DNA from: Patescibacteria group bacterium
Lineage (GTDB): Bacteria; Patescibacteriota; JABMPQ01; JAQVVF01
Direction: 5' to 3'
Length of the DNA stretch: 64,000 nucleotides
NCBI GenBank assembly: GCA_028699085.1
Contig: JAQVVF010000002.1
Coordinates: forward strand, 3,074-67,073
Shown here: positions 8,714-15,711 of the stretch, piece by piece
How the letters are laid out: the number at the start of each line of letters is the position of its first letter
Numbering within the stretch: position 1 is the first letter of the stretch
Notes under the pieces: model-generated
The model's database searches: none
Seen by the model: the letters and a program-made list of their open reading frames with translations, nothing else
What the model was told of the DNA's origin: nothing
Translations under genes and position numbers: made by a program

Positions 8714-9607
8714 TTATTCCTCTAATGCTTTTTTGGTAGCAACAGGCAAATCATCAATAACATCAGTTGCTAATACTGATCTTTCTCCTAACTTTTTACT
8801 AGCAATATCGCCTGCTAACCCATGCAAAAATACTGCAGTTGCCACTGATTCAAAAGGCAAATTAATATTTGCAGCCCAATACGCCGCTGTCATTCCTGCT
8901 AATGTATCTCCTGTTCCCGCAGTTGCCAAAGCAGGTCCGCCTGATTTATTAATAATAACTCTTTCACCATCTGAAATAACAGTCTCATATCCCTTTATCA
9001 CCAAAATGCTTTTCCATTTCTTTGCTTTTTTTCTGACTAACCATTCTCTATCTCTCTCAACATTATCAACATCTAAATCACAAAGTCTTGCCATCTCGCC
9101 AGCATGAGGCAACAAAACCGTTTTATTATCTCCCCATTCTATCAAAAGCTCAACATGACCAGAAAAAGCATTTAAGCCATCTGCATCTAAAACAACATTT
9201 TTCTGCAAATCTTTTAGCCTCTTAAATAGTTTACAAATCAGATGCCTCGTCTCTTCATGTTGCGAAAGACCTGGACCAATTAAAATTACATCATATTTTT
9301 TTGCTTCTTCTATAATTCTTTCAAAAGATGATAATGCCAAAGTCTTATCTTTTGTTTCATCACAAGGCAAAGTCAAAACTTCTGGAATCAATTTTGTATA
9401 AATATCATTCAAGCTTTTTGGAAATACTAACAAAACATAACCAGCTCCAGCTCTCATTGCTGCCTCACAACATAAAGTTGCAGCTCCAGACATTCCTTCA
9501 GATCCAGCAACAATCATCACACTGCCAACAGACTTTTTATTCGCATCTTTTGGTCTGGGAGCTAAAATTTCTGGATATAATAATTTATCTTGCTCAATTG
9601 GCTTCAT
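8714..9607 (-). CDS. nnrD: ADP/ATP-dependent (S)-NAD(P)H-hydrate dehydratase (YjeF C-terminal family)
   Basis: MIVAGSEGMSGAA...GPGLS...DADGLN...GGPALATAGTGDTLAGM, the classic carbohydrate-kinase-like fold motifs. Confidence 0.8.
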   Translation of the reverse strand: MKPIEQDKLLYPEILAPRPKDANKKSVGSVMIVAGSEGMSGAATLCCEAAMRAGAGYVLLVFPKSLNDIYTKLIPEVLTLPCDETKDKTLALSSFERIIEEAKKYDVILIGPGLSQHEETRHLICKLFKRLKDLQKNVVLDADGLNAFSGHVELLIEWGDNKTVLLPHAGEMARLCDLDVDNVERDREWLVRKKAKKWKSILVIKGYETVISDGERVIINKSGGPALATAGTGDTLAGMTAAYWAANINLPFESVATAVFLHGLAGDIASKKLGERSVLATDVIDDLPVATKKALEE

Positions 9608-9679
9608 AATATTAAATAGTTCTTCAATACTTTTTACTTTTACCTTGTAACTTTTTAATTTTTTCTTTTGACTTTTAAC

Positions 9680-10762
9680 TTAAAATCTCAACATCGCTCC
9701 AATTCCACCCATTCCCGCTAATTTTTCATTATCTTCCACAAATTCAATTTTTGCTTTATGGCTAAAAACCTTTTGAACTAATTCATCAACTACATCCTTG
9801 ACATCTTCTGTTTTGAAACTGCAATAAGGACAAACAACTTCATCAAGACCCAAAAAATCACAATTTGGACATTTCTTTCCAGTTGTACTTAATTTAGAAT
9901 CAAGCAACAAAGTTTTAACATCTCTCTCTTGTGCTGCATTCAAAACATTTTTCAAACCGGCAACAGCTAGCTGACCATTCAAACTATTATTTAATTCTTC
10001 AACAAGCATTGCCTCATTTTTTCTTTCTACTTTTTCTTGAACTTGCAATGACTGTTCTAAAAAATGTTCATTAGGCTTGAATAATTCTGTATAAAATTCA
10101 CCTACTACTCTATTTTTCAATTCTGTATGCAAAATTTTCTTTAATTCCGGCAAGATCTCTTTTGATCCAGCTAAAATCAGTCTATCAAATCCTTTTTCTT
10201 TCCAAAATTTAAAAAGCTGATCATTGATCTTTTTCAAATGACGATGCACATGCTCTTCGATATGCAAAGCCTCGCCTTGTTGTACTAATCCGCCTTGATC
10301 ATGTTTGCCAGGAAACTCATCAAAAATATAGCTAAAATCTTGAATCACACCCAAAAAGACTGTAAACAATTTTGCTTTTTCTTTATCACAAACTACAACA
10401 CAATATCTTTCTAATTCATCAAGGACTTGTAACAGTTGCTCAATATGAACATTTTTTTCAACATAAGCTCCTGTCTTAATTGGACAAGGAAATTTATAGA
10501 TTGACCAAAAATTTTTAGATGGACTAGCGTAAAATGCCATGCCTCGGATTTTTTTATCCAATCTCAAATCAATCCATTCTTCAACTTGTTTTGTTGCTTC
10601 ACTTCCCAATTTTTCTTCAACATTTTTCAATAAATCTTTTAGCTTATTTTCAATTTCTTCTGGCTTGTAACGTCTTTGATCGCAATTTAAATAAAGTGTT
10701 ACTACATCCTCTTTGTCGCTTTGTAAACGATTTAATTTTGTTATGTCTTTATTTTCTATCAT
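9680..10762 (-). CDS. eRF1/Pelota-like protein (bacterial eRF1-domain protein) with zinc-ribbon insert
   Basis: Central KHDQGGLVQQGEALHIEEHVHRH resembles the eRF1 domain-2 KHGRGGQSA...RH region, although no GGQ is present. The C-terminal AGMGGIGAMLRF matches the eRF1/Pelota domain-3 GGIAAILRY motif. A CPNC...CPYC ribbon sits in domain 3. Confidence 0.5.
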   Translation of the reverse strand: MIENKDITKLNRLQSDKEDVVTLYLNCDQRRYKPEEIENKLKDLLKNVEEKLGSEATKQVEEWIDLRLDKKIRGMAFYASPSKNFWSIYKFPCPIKTGAYVEKNVHIEQLLQVLDELERYCVVVCDKEKAKLFTVFLGVIQDFSYIFDEFPGKHDQGGLVQQGEALHIEEHVHRHLKKINDQLFKFWKEKGFDRLILAGSKEILPELKKILHTELKNRVVGEFYTELFKPNEHFLEQSLQVQEKVERKNEAMLVEELNNSLNGQLAVAGLKNVLNAAQERDVKTLLLDSKLSTTGKKCPNCDFLGLDEVVCPYCSFKTEDVKDVVDELVQKVFSHKAKIEFVEDNEKLAGMGGIGAMLRF

Positions 10763-10775
10763 ATTTTTAATTTAT

Positions 10776-10805
10776 TGTAGGGAGCAAAAATTTTTGCTCC
10801 CTACA
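10776..10805. promoter_or_regulatory. 30-bp perfect palindrome in a divergent promoter region
   Basis: TGTAGGGAGCAAAAA|TTTTTGCTCCCTACA. It lies 14 nt upstream of the eRF1-like start codon and just upstream of the plus-strand tRNA promoter. Confidence 0.5.
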
Positions 10806-10818
10806 TATTTTATCACAA

Positions 10819-10847
10819 TTTACAAAATTTTAAAAATCAAGTATAAT
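10819..10847 (+). promoter_or_regulatory. Candidate sigma70 promoter for the tRNA-Gly/Thr locus (-35 TTTACA 10819-10824, 17-nt spacer, -10 TATAAT 10842-10847)
   Basis: Near-consensus hexamers with 17-nt spacing, 30 nt upstream of tRNA-Gly. Confidence 0.45.
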
Positions 10848-10877
10848 TTCTCAAGAATAATAAATAATAATTCACGA

Positions 10878-10948
10878 GCGAGTATAGCACAGTGGTAGTG
10901 CGCTTGCTTCCCAAGCAAGATATGTGAGTTCGATTCTCATTACTCGCT
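10878..10948 (+). tRNA. tRNA-Gly (anticodon CCC)
   Basis: Acceptor GCGAGTA/TACTCGC, D-arm GCACAGTGGTAGTGC, anticodon stem CTTGC/GCAAG with loop TTCCCAA, T-arm GTGAGTTCGATTCTCAT. Confidence 0.8.
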
Positions 10949-10952
10949 ATCC

Positions 10953-10975
10953 GCCAGAGTAGCTCAGTCGGCAGA
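10953..10975 (+). pseudogene. tRNA 5' fragment (acceptor plus start of D-arm: GCCAGAG TA GCTC AGTCGG...)
   Basis: Matches the canonical tRNA 5' end but no complete D-arm follows. Its acceptor is complementary to CTCTGGC at 11128-11134. Confidence 0.35.
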
Positions 10976-10994
10976 CCTGCCCGCCAGAGCCAAA

Positions 10995-11067
10995 GCCCGT
11001 GTAGCTCAGTTGGTAGAGCAATGCTTTCGTAAAGCAGAGGTCGTCGGTTCGATCCCGACCATGGGCT
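10995..11067 (+). tRNA. tRNA-Thr (anticodon CGT)
   Basis: Acceptor GCCCGTG/CATGGGC (one G-U), D-arm GCTCAGTTGGTAGAGC, anticodon stem ATGCT/AGCAG with loop TTCGTAA, T-arm GTCGGTTCGATCCCGAC. Confidence 0.8.
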
Positions 11068-11088
11068 CTGGCTTTGGCAGGCGGGGCA

Positions 11089-11135
11089 ACACTTTCGTAA
11101 AGTGAAGGTCAAGAGTTCGATTCTCTTCTCTGGCT
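11089..11135 (+). pseudogene. tRNA 3' fragment (anticodon arm CACT-TTCGTAA-AGTG, T-arm AAGAGTTCGATTCTCTT, acceptor CTCTGGC)
   Basis: It has the same TTTCGTAAAG anticodon-loop motif as the intact tRNA-Thr. It lacks its own D-arm and 5' acceptor. A third degenerate copy (ACGTTCGTAAAGCAAAGG) lies at about 11143-11165. Confidence 0.35.
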
Positions 11136-11208
11136 AAAAAACAACGTTCGTAAAGCAAAGGTCGAAAGTAGATCCTGGAAAGTGGCTAATATTTAAAATT
11201 AAACATTC

Positions 11209-11233
11209 AAAAACCCGTCATTCGACGGGTTTT
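11209..11233. terminator. Bidirectional hairpin terminator AAAACCCGTC-ATTC-GACGGGTTTT
   Basis: Perfect stem flanked by an A-run and a T-run. It sits between the plus-strand tRNA locus and the stop of minus-strand gene 11252..13057. Confidence 0.6.
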
Positions 11234-11251
11234 AGTATGCTCAGTTTTTTC

Positions 11252-12057
11252 CTATTTCACTCCAATCGCAAAATATTGTGTCTTAATTGGATATTTTGTG
11301 AAATATTTTACAATGAATTTCTTGTCTTTCTTGATTATCTTGGCATCTGTGAATGTTGTATTAATATTCTGCCATGTGCCAGTTCCTTTTTTGTATTTTA
11401 AGAATAGATTTGCTTTTGTTGCTGATTTATTCTTTTTAAGATATTTCTTTAATTGCTTTTTAGTAAATTTGAATGATACTTTGATTTTGAATTTCTGTGA
11501 TGATTTTTTTACTTTGTATTTGTATAAATTTGTTTTCAATTTCCACTTTTTCAAGAACGTTTTGTTTGGATAACCAGTTGATTTATTCCATTTCATCCAA
11601 TATGCGCTGTTCTTTGTTAATTTGGTTGGAAGCTTTGTGAAATTGATTGTTAGACTTTGACCAGAGATTATTTCATTATTTAATTCTGATTCAAGAATAA
11701 ATTTCTGTCCTGCCCTTAATAAATCTTCGGCCTGATTATTTTCAACCTGGTTAGCTTCAATGATGTATGCTTCTGTTTTGATTTCTTCTGTATTACCAAG
11801 ACTGTCAATTGAAAAGAATTTTAAAGTTGTATCTTGAGTAATTACTATTGGATTTGAATAAACTGTTGAAGAAGTTGTTGGATCTGTGCCATCAATTGTG
11901 TAATAAGTTGCAACAACTGTTGAGTCTGCATCTGTGGCAGATAAAGTAATAGTTTGAGGAGCAGTATATGTTCCTCCAGCTAGCGAAGCTGTGGTTGTAG
12001 GAGCAAGGTAATCAATAAACCATGAAGCAATGTAATTTGCTGATATACCGCCGGCAG
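11252..12057. repeat. Dispersed repeat of about 0.8 kb, near-identical to 56644-57428 (3' module of the propeller-family genes)
   Basis: Aligned by eye: long runs of identity with scattered substitutions and one roughly 20-nt indel. Related but more diverged copies occur at 35539-35935 and 18082-18480. Confidence 0.7.
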
Positions 12058-13057
12058 TTGTAAAATCACCTCCGACATAGAGTTCGTCATTATAGACTGT
12101 TAATGCATCTACTTCATAATTCATTCCAGATCCTACTGCACTCCAAGAAAAGCCATTCCATTTCGAAATACAATTACCATAATCACCAGTAAAATCTCCA
12201 CCAGCATAAAGTTCATTATCATATACAACTAATGAATAAATATTTCCTGTAATTGTAGTGCCAACAGCACCTAAAGAATTATTATCCCAAACAGCAATAT
12301 AGTTAGAAACACCACCGCCAGCAATAGTGAATATTCCGCCAATATACAATTCATTATCGTAAACTGCTAAGGAATACACAAAACTATCAAGCTCAGTTCC
12401 ATCTCCAACTTTGCTCCAAGAACTTCCATTCCATTTCGAGATGTAATTGCCATTAACAGATGTAAATGCTCCTCCAACATAAAGTTCGTTATTATAAACA
12501 CAAAGAGAATTTACATAAGAGTTTAATTCTGTTCCAGCTCCAACTGGAGTCCATGAAGAATCATTCCATTTAACGATATAATTAGCAGGAGCACCATCAA
12601 TATTAGCATTACCACCAACATATAATTCATTATTATAGACAGCTAAGGAATAAACATTACCAGTTACTGCAGTGCCAACAGCACTTAAAGAACTGCCATC
12701 CCAAACAGCAATATAATTGGCAACACTGCCGCCAGCAATAGTAAATGTTCCGCCAATATATAGCTTGTTATTATAAACTACCATAGAAGTAGCTCGACCA
12801 TTGTTAATTCCTGTACCTGCTACTGAACTCCATGAACTGCCATTCCATTTAGCAATTCTTGAACCAGGACTAGTTGTAAAATAACCACCGACATATAGTT
12901 CATTATTGTAAACTGCAAGCGAACGTATATAGCTATCAGTTCCATCACCCAATGCACTCCAAGATGAACTTGTTCTAGCAAAAGATTGATTAACGAAACA
13001 ATAAACACCAATGACTAGAATCATAAACAACGTCATTCTTAAAAATATTTTTTTCAT
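11252..13057 (-). CDS. Secreted 7-bladed beta-propeller surface protein with lysine-rich C-terminal domain (paralog family member 1)
   Basis: Signal peptide MKKIFLRMTLFMILVIGVYCFVNQSFA, then seven repeats of about 47 aa (VYNNELYVGGxFT...NYIAKWNGSSWSxVG). An Ig-like segment follows (YTIDGTDPTTSSTVYSNPIVITQDTTLKFFSID), then a roughly 125-aa K-rich tail ending FAIGVK. Confidence 0.8.
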   Translation of the reverse strand: MKKIFLRMTLFMILVIGVYCFVNQSFARTSSSWSALGDGTDSYIRSLAVYNNELYVGGYFTTSPGSRIAKWNGSSWSSVAGTGINNGRATSMVVYNNKLYIGGTFTIAGGSVANYIAVWDGSSLSAVGTAVTGNVYSLAVYNNELYVGGNANIDGAPANYIVKWNDSSWTPVGAGTELNSYVNSLCVYNNELYVGGAFTSVNGNYISKWNGSSWSKVGDGTELDSFVYSLAVYDNELYIGGIFTIAGGGVSNYIAVWDNNSLGAVGTTITGNIYSLVVYDNELYAGGDFTGDYGNCISKWNGFSWSAVGSGMNYEVDALTVYNDELYVGGDFTTAGGISANYIASWFIDYLAPTTTASLAGGTYTAPQTITLSATDADSTVVATYYTIDGTDPTTSSTVYSNPIVITQDTTLKFFSIDSLGNTEEIKTEAYIIEANQVENNQAEDLLRAGQKFILESELNNEIISGQSLTINFTKLPTKLTKNSAYWMKWNKSTGYPNKTFLKKWKLKTNLYKYKVKKSSQKFKIKVSFKFTKKQLKKYLKKNKSATKANLFLKYKKGTGTWQNINTTFTDAKIIKKDKKFIVKYFTKYPIKTQYFAIGVK

Positions 13058-13096
13058 TTTTTGATTTTATTTTATATATTGAACCTAATTAATAAT

Positions 13097-13131
13097 ATTA
13101 TATCACATTCGAATAAAAAAAATTATCCACA
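13097..13131 (-). promoter_or_regulatory. Promoter module of paralog 1: extended -10 (minus-strand TGATATAAT, hexamer 13097-13102), A8/T8 tract, TTATCCACA box (13123-13131)
   Basis: Same architecture as the modules at 35421-35478 and 58529-58575. The -10 lies about 40 nt upstream of the ATG at 13057. Confidence 0.4.
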
Positions 13132-13173
13132 AAAGAATAATAACATAATATTATACCGACACAAATAACATTC

Positions 13174-13199
13174 AAAAACCCGCCATCCAGACGGGTTTT
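13174..13199. terminator. Hairpin terminator AAAACCCG...CGGGTTTT after the prsA-like gene
   Basis: 8-bp stem with a 9-nt loop, flanked by an A-run and a T-run. It is a sequence relative of the hairpin at 11209-11233. Confidence 0.5.
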
Positions 13200-13234
13200 A
13201 ATTTTGTTATTTAAAATTTAGTTATTTTGTTATT

Positions 13235-14293
13235 CTATTTAACAGGTTCTACTTCCACATCTTCAATTTCTACATCATCAGCTGTAGTATCAGTATTTTC
13301 TAAATTCAAACCTTCAATTGTCGCCTGTTCTTTATTCCATTTTATATCTTTAACATAAATTTTAATCTTTGCTTTTTTCTTTTGATCCAAGAACCATTTG
13401 TCAAAATCATCTTCTACTTTAAAAAAGATATGAGATGCCTTGACTTGTTCATCATCTCCAGATCCTTTTTTCTTATCAACTTTTATGATATGAAATCCTT
13501 CAATAGTTCTGACAATTTCACTCGTTTCACCAACATTTAATTTAAAAGCAGCGATTTCAAATTCTGTTTCCATTTCATCTTTGCCAATAAAACCTAGATT
13601 GCCACCATCTTTTTTAGTTGATTTATCCTGGCTAACTTCTTTTGCTAATTCTGCAAAATCTTTTCCTGCCTTCAATTTTGCCAATGCATCTTCAGCTTTC
13701 TTTTTGGCTTCTTCGCTTTTTGCCTTTCGGTCTTTATCAATTTTATCATCCATCAAATATGACTTTTGCAATTTATCATACATTAATGAAGGCTCCAAAA
13801 CTTCTTTTTTAAATTCTGAAATGCTCATATCATACAAACTTTTGATTTCTTTAGCCAATTCGTCTTCAGTATCATAATCCTCTAAAACTAGCTTGTACTC
13901 TTTTTCAATATCTTCTTTGGAAATCTTTATATTATATTTTTCTGATAATTGGCTAACTACCTTGTCCTCTATCAAACGATCTAAAGCCATCTTCTTAATA
14001 TCTAAATCACTGATTTTTTCTTCTGATTGTCCTTCTTGAGAATCATAAAAAAATTTCAAAGCTTGATAATTCTTTTCTAATTTTGACTGCATCACAAAAC
14101 TGCCATTTACTCGAGCCGAAGGTATCGGCAATGATTTAGAAATTCTTCCGCCAACATTTCCAGATAAACCAAATTTCCAAAATAAAAATCCCAAGAGAAC
14201 AACTGCCAAAATAATTCCTAGAATAATCCAAAATTTATTTTTTTTGTTTTCTTTTTTGTTTCCTAATACTGGACTTTCAAAATTTTGTTCCAT
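13235..14293 (-). CDS. Membrane-anchored PpiC/parvulin-type peptidyl-prolyl isomerase (PrsA/SurA-like foldase)
   Basis: N-terminal TM helix and a C-terminal parvulin domain (GGNLGFIGKDEMETEFEIAAFKLNVGETSEIVRTIEGFHIIKV). Confidence 0.75.
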   Translation of the reverse strand: MEQNFESPVLGNKKENKKNKFWIILGIILAVVLLGFLFWKFGLSGNVGGRISKSLPIPSARVNGSFVMQSKLEKNYQALKFFYDSQEGQSEEKISDLDIKKMALDRLIEDKVVSQLSEKYNIKISKEDIEKEYKLVLEDYDTEDELAKEIKSLYDMSISEFKKEVLEPSLMYDKLQKSYLMDDKIDKDRKAKSEEAKKKAEDALAKLKAGKDFAELAKEVSQDKSTKKDGGNLGFIGKDEMETEFEIAAFKLNVGETSEIVRTIEGFHIIKVDKKKGSGDDEQVKASHIFFKVEDDFDKWFLDQKKKAKIKIYVKDIKWNKEQATIEGLNLENTDTTADDVEIEDVEVEPVK

Positions 14294-14323
14294 ATAATTT
14301 TATGATTTGTTTAATTTCAACAA

Positions 14324-14719
14324 CTAATTATTAGTAAAAAAGTAATTCCACCATTTTTCAATATTCAATTTATTTTTCTGATCACTATTATCTTGAGACA
14401 ATTCAACCACGCTATTCATATTATCAGGCAAAGATTCAATTGAAACAGCTGTCTCGCCATCTTTTTGCATTCCTAAATTTTGCCTAGCTTGAATTTCTTT
14501 AAAAGCATCAGTATTTAAATAGTCTACCAAACCTCCTAATTCTTTATTCTTTCTTTCTAAAGTATTAATTTCTGCTTGAATCTTTTCAATCTCCTGATTA
14601 ACCATATAACGATTGACTAGTTCTCTTACTAATCCCATGGCAATGAAGATTACAAAAACAAGACCTGTCACAGTAATTAAACGCAAAGACCATTTCTTTG
14701 TTAATAATCTTTTTTTCAT
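14324..14719 (-). CDS. FtsB/DivIC-like septum formation initiator
   Basis: Single N-terminal TM helix followed by a coiled coil (EIEKIQAEINTLERKNKELG). Assignment rests on size and topology. Confidence 0.5.
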   Translation of the reverse strand: MKKRLLTKKWSLRLITVTGLVFVIFIAMGLVRELVNRYMVNQEIEKIQAEINTLERKNKELGGLVDYLNTDAFKEIQARQNLGMQKDGETAVSIESLPDNMNSVVELSQDNSDQKNKLNIEKWWNYFFTNN

Positions 14720-14865
14720 TACGAATTTCTAATTTTAAATTACTAATTTCTATTAAATTTTCAATAAAGTAATTTCTAAACACTTAACATTATTTAATCC
14801 GTAAAGGTTTAAAAATTAAAGCATTAAGAATTTAATAAAAATTAGAAATTAGAAATTGAAAATTT

Positions 14866-15456
14866 TTATTCCACTTTCTCGCTCTTCTTCACTCCCTTTC
14901 CTTCTCTTTTATAAATATCCCATTTTACACGAGAAATAAATTCAATTAACTCTTCTGCTGATATTTTTTTACGAGCTAAACGGGCTAATTCAATAACTAA
15001 ATCTTGAGTTTGTCTTGGACCGCTCAAACATTCCAAATCAGTCTTTTTTCCATAATCCATTTCAATTTTCAATGTTCCATATTTAAAAAAAGTTGCCAAA
15101 AAACCAGGAATCTCATAGCTTACATTACCAACATGATCTAGAGGGAATTCTTCAACTGCTCTATTAAAAAGACCCTTTTGACTAACTTTAATAATTCTTT
15201 GATTTGTGATCACAACACTATCAAAATACCAATTCATCCAGACATATAATGTATACAAAACCGCAAATATTAAAAGCAATAAAAAGATAACTCCGCCAAT
15301 CCAATGTTTAAATAAAACAAAAGCAAATACGAAAGGTATTGCAAAAAATAATATACTTTTTACAATAGAAGATAGACGGCTTCCCCAACTTTTACGAAAT
15401 ACTACAACTACCTCTTCGTCTTGTTTTAGATCTTGTGAAAAATAATCTTCAAACAT
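14866..15456 (-). CDS. Membrane protein with bacterial PH-like (YdbS/YdbT-type) domain
   Basis: Two TM helices then WYFDSVVITNQRIIKVSQKGLFNRAVEEFPLDHV, typical of the bPH_2 fold. Confidence 0.45.
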   Translation of the reverse strand: MFEDYFSQDLKQDEEVVVVFRKSWGSRLSSIVKSILFFAIPFVFAFVLFKHWIGGVIFLLLLIFAVLYTLYVWMNWYFDSVVITNQRIIKVSQKGLFNRAVEEFPLDHVGNVSYEIPGFLATFFKYGTLKIEMDYGKKTDLECLSGPRQTQDLVIELARLARKKISAEELIEFISRVKWDIYKREGKGVKKSEKVE

Positions 15457-15711
15457 AATAACTTACACTAATTAATTTTCGAATTCTTACGAATAGCTAT
15501 TCGAATATTTGCATATTCATAAATTAGCATAATTCGTATATTCGTATTACATTATGCAAAGCAAATTAAAAAAGAAAATAATTTGGGTTGTGCTAGTCGC
15601 TGTTACAGTTACTTTAGTTTTGACTTGGCTGATTTTTCCAGCCTTATCATAGATTATACCACAAATTTATAGTTTTATTAAATTTGATTTTAAAAATAGT
15701 TAAGCAATTAA

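Noticed and set aside
10950-11135. Single intron-containing or permuted tRNA explaining the fragments around tRNA-Thr
   Set aside because: The 5' fragment lacks a complete D-arm and the 3' fragment lacks any D-arm equivalent. The pieces cannot be joined into one canonical cloverleaf by hand, so they are reported as fragments instead.
11298-11573. Plus-strand ORFs 11298..11573, 18152..18424, 35465..35860 and 56675..56965
   Set aside because: These are the antisense of the lysine-rich C-terminal domains (AAA/AAG opposite TTT/CTT), giving Phe/Leu-rich low-complexity peptides with no start context.
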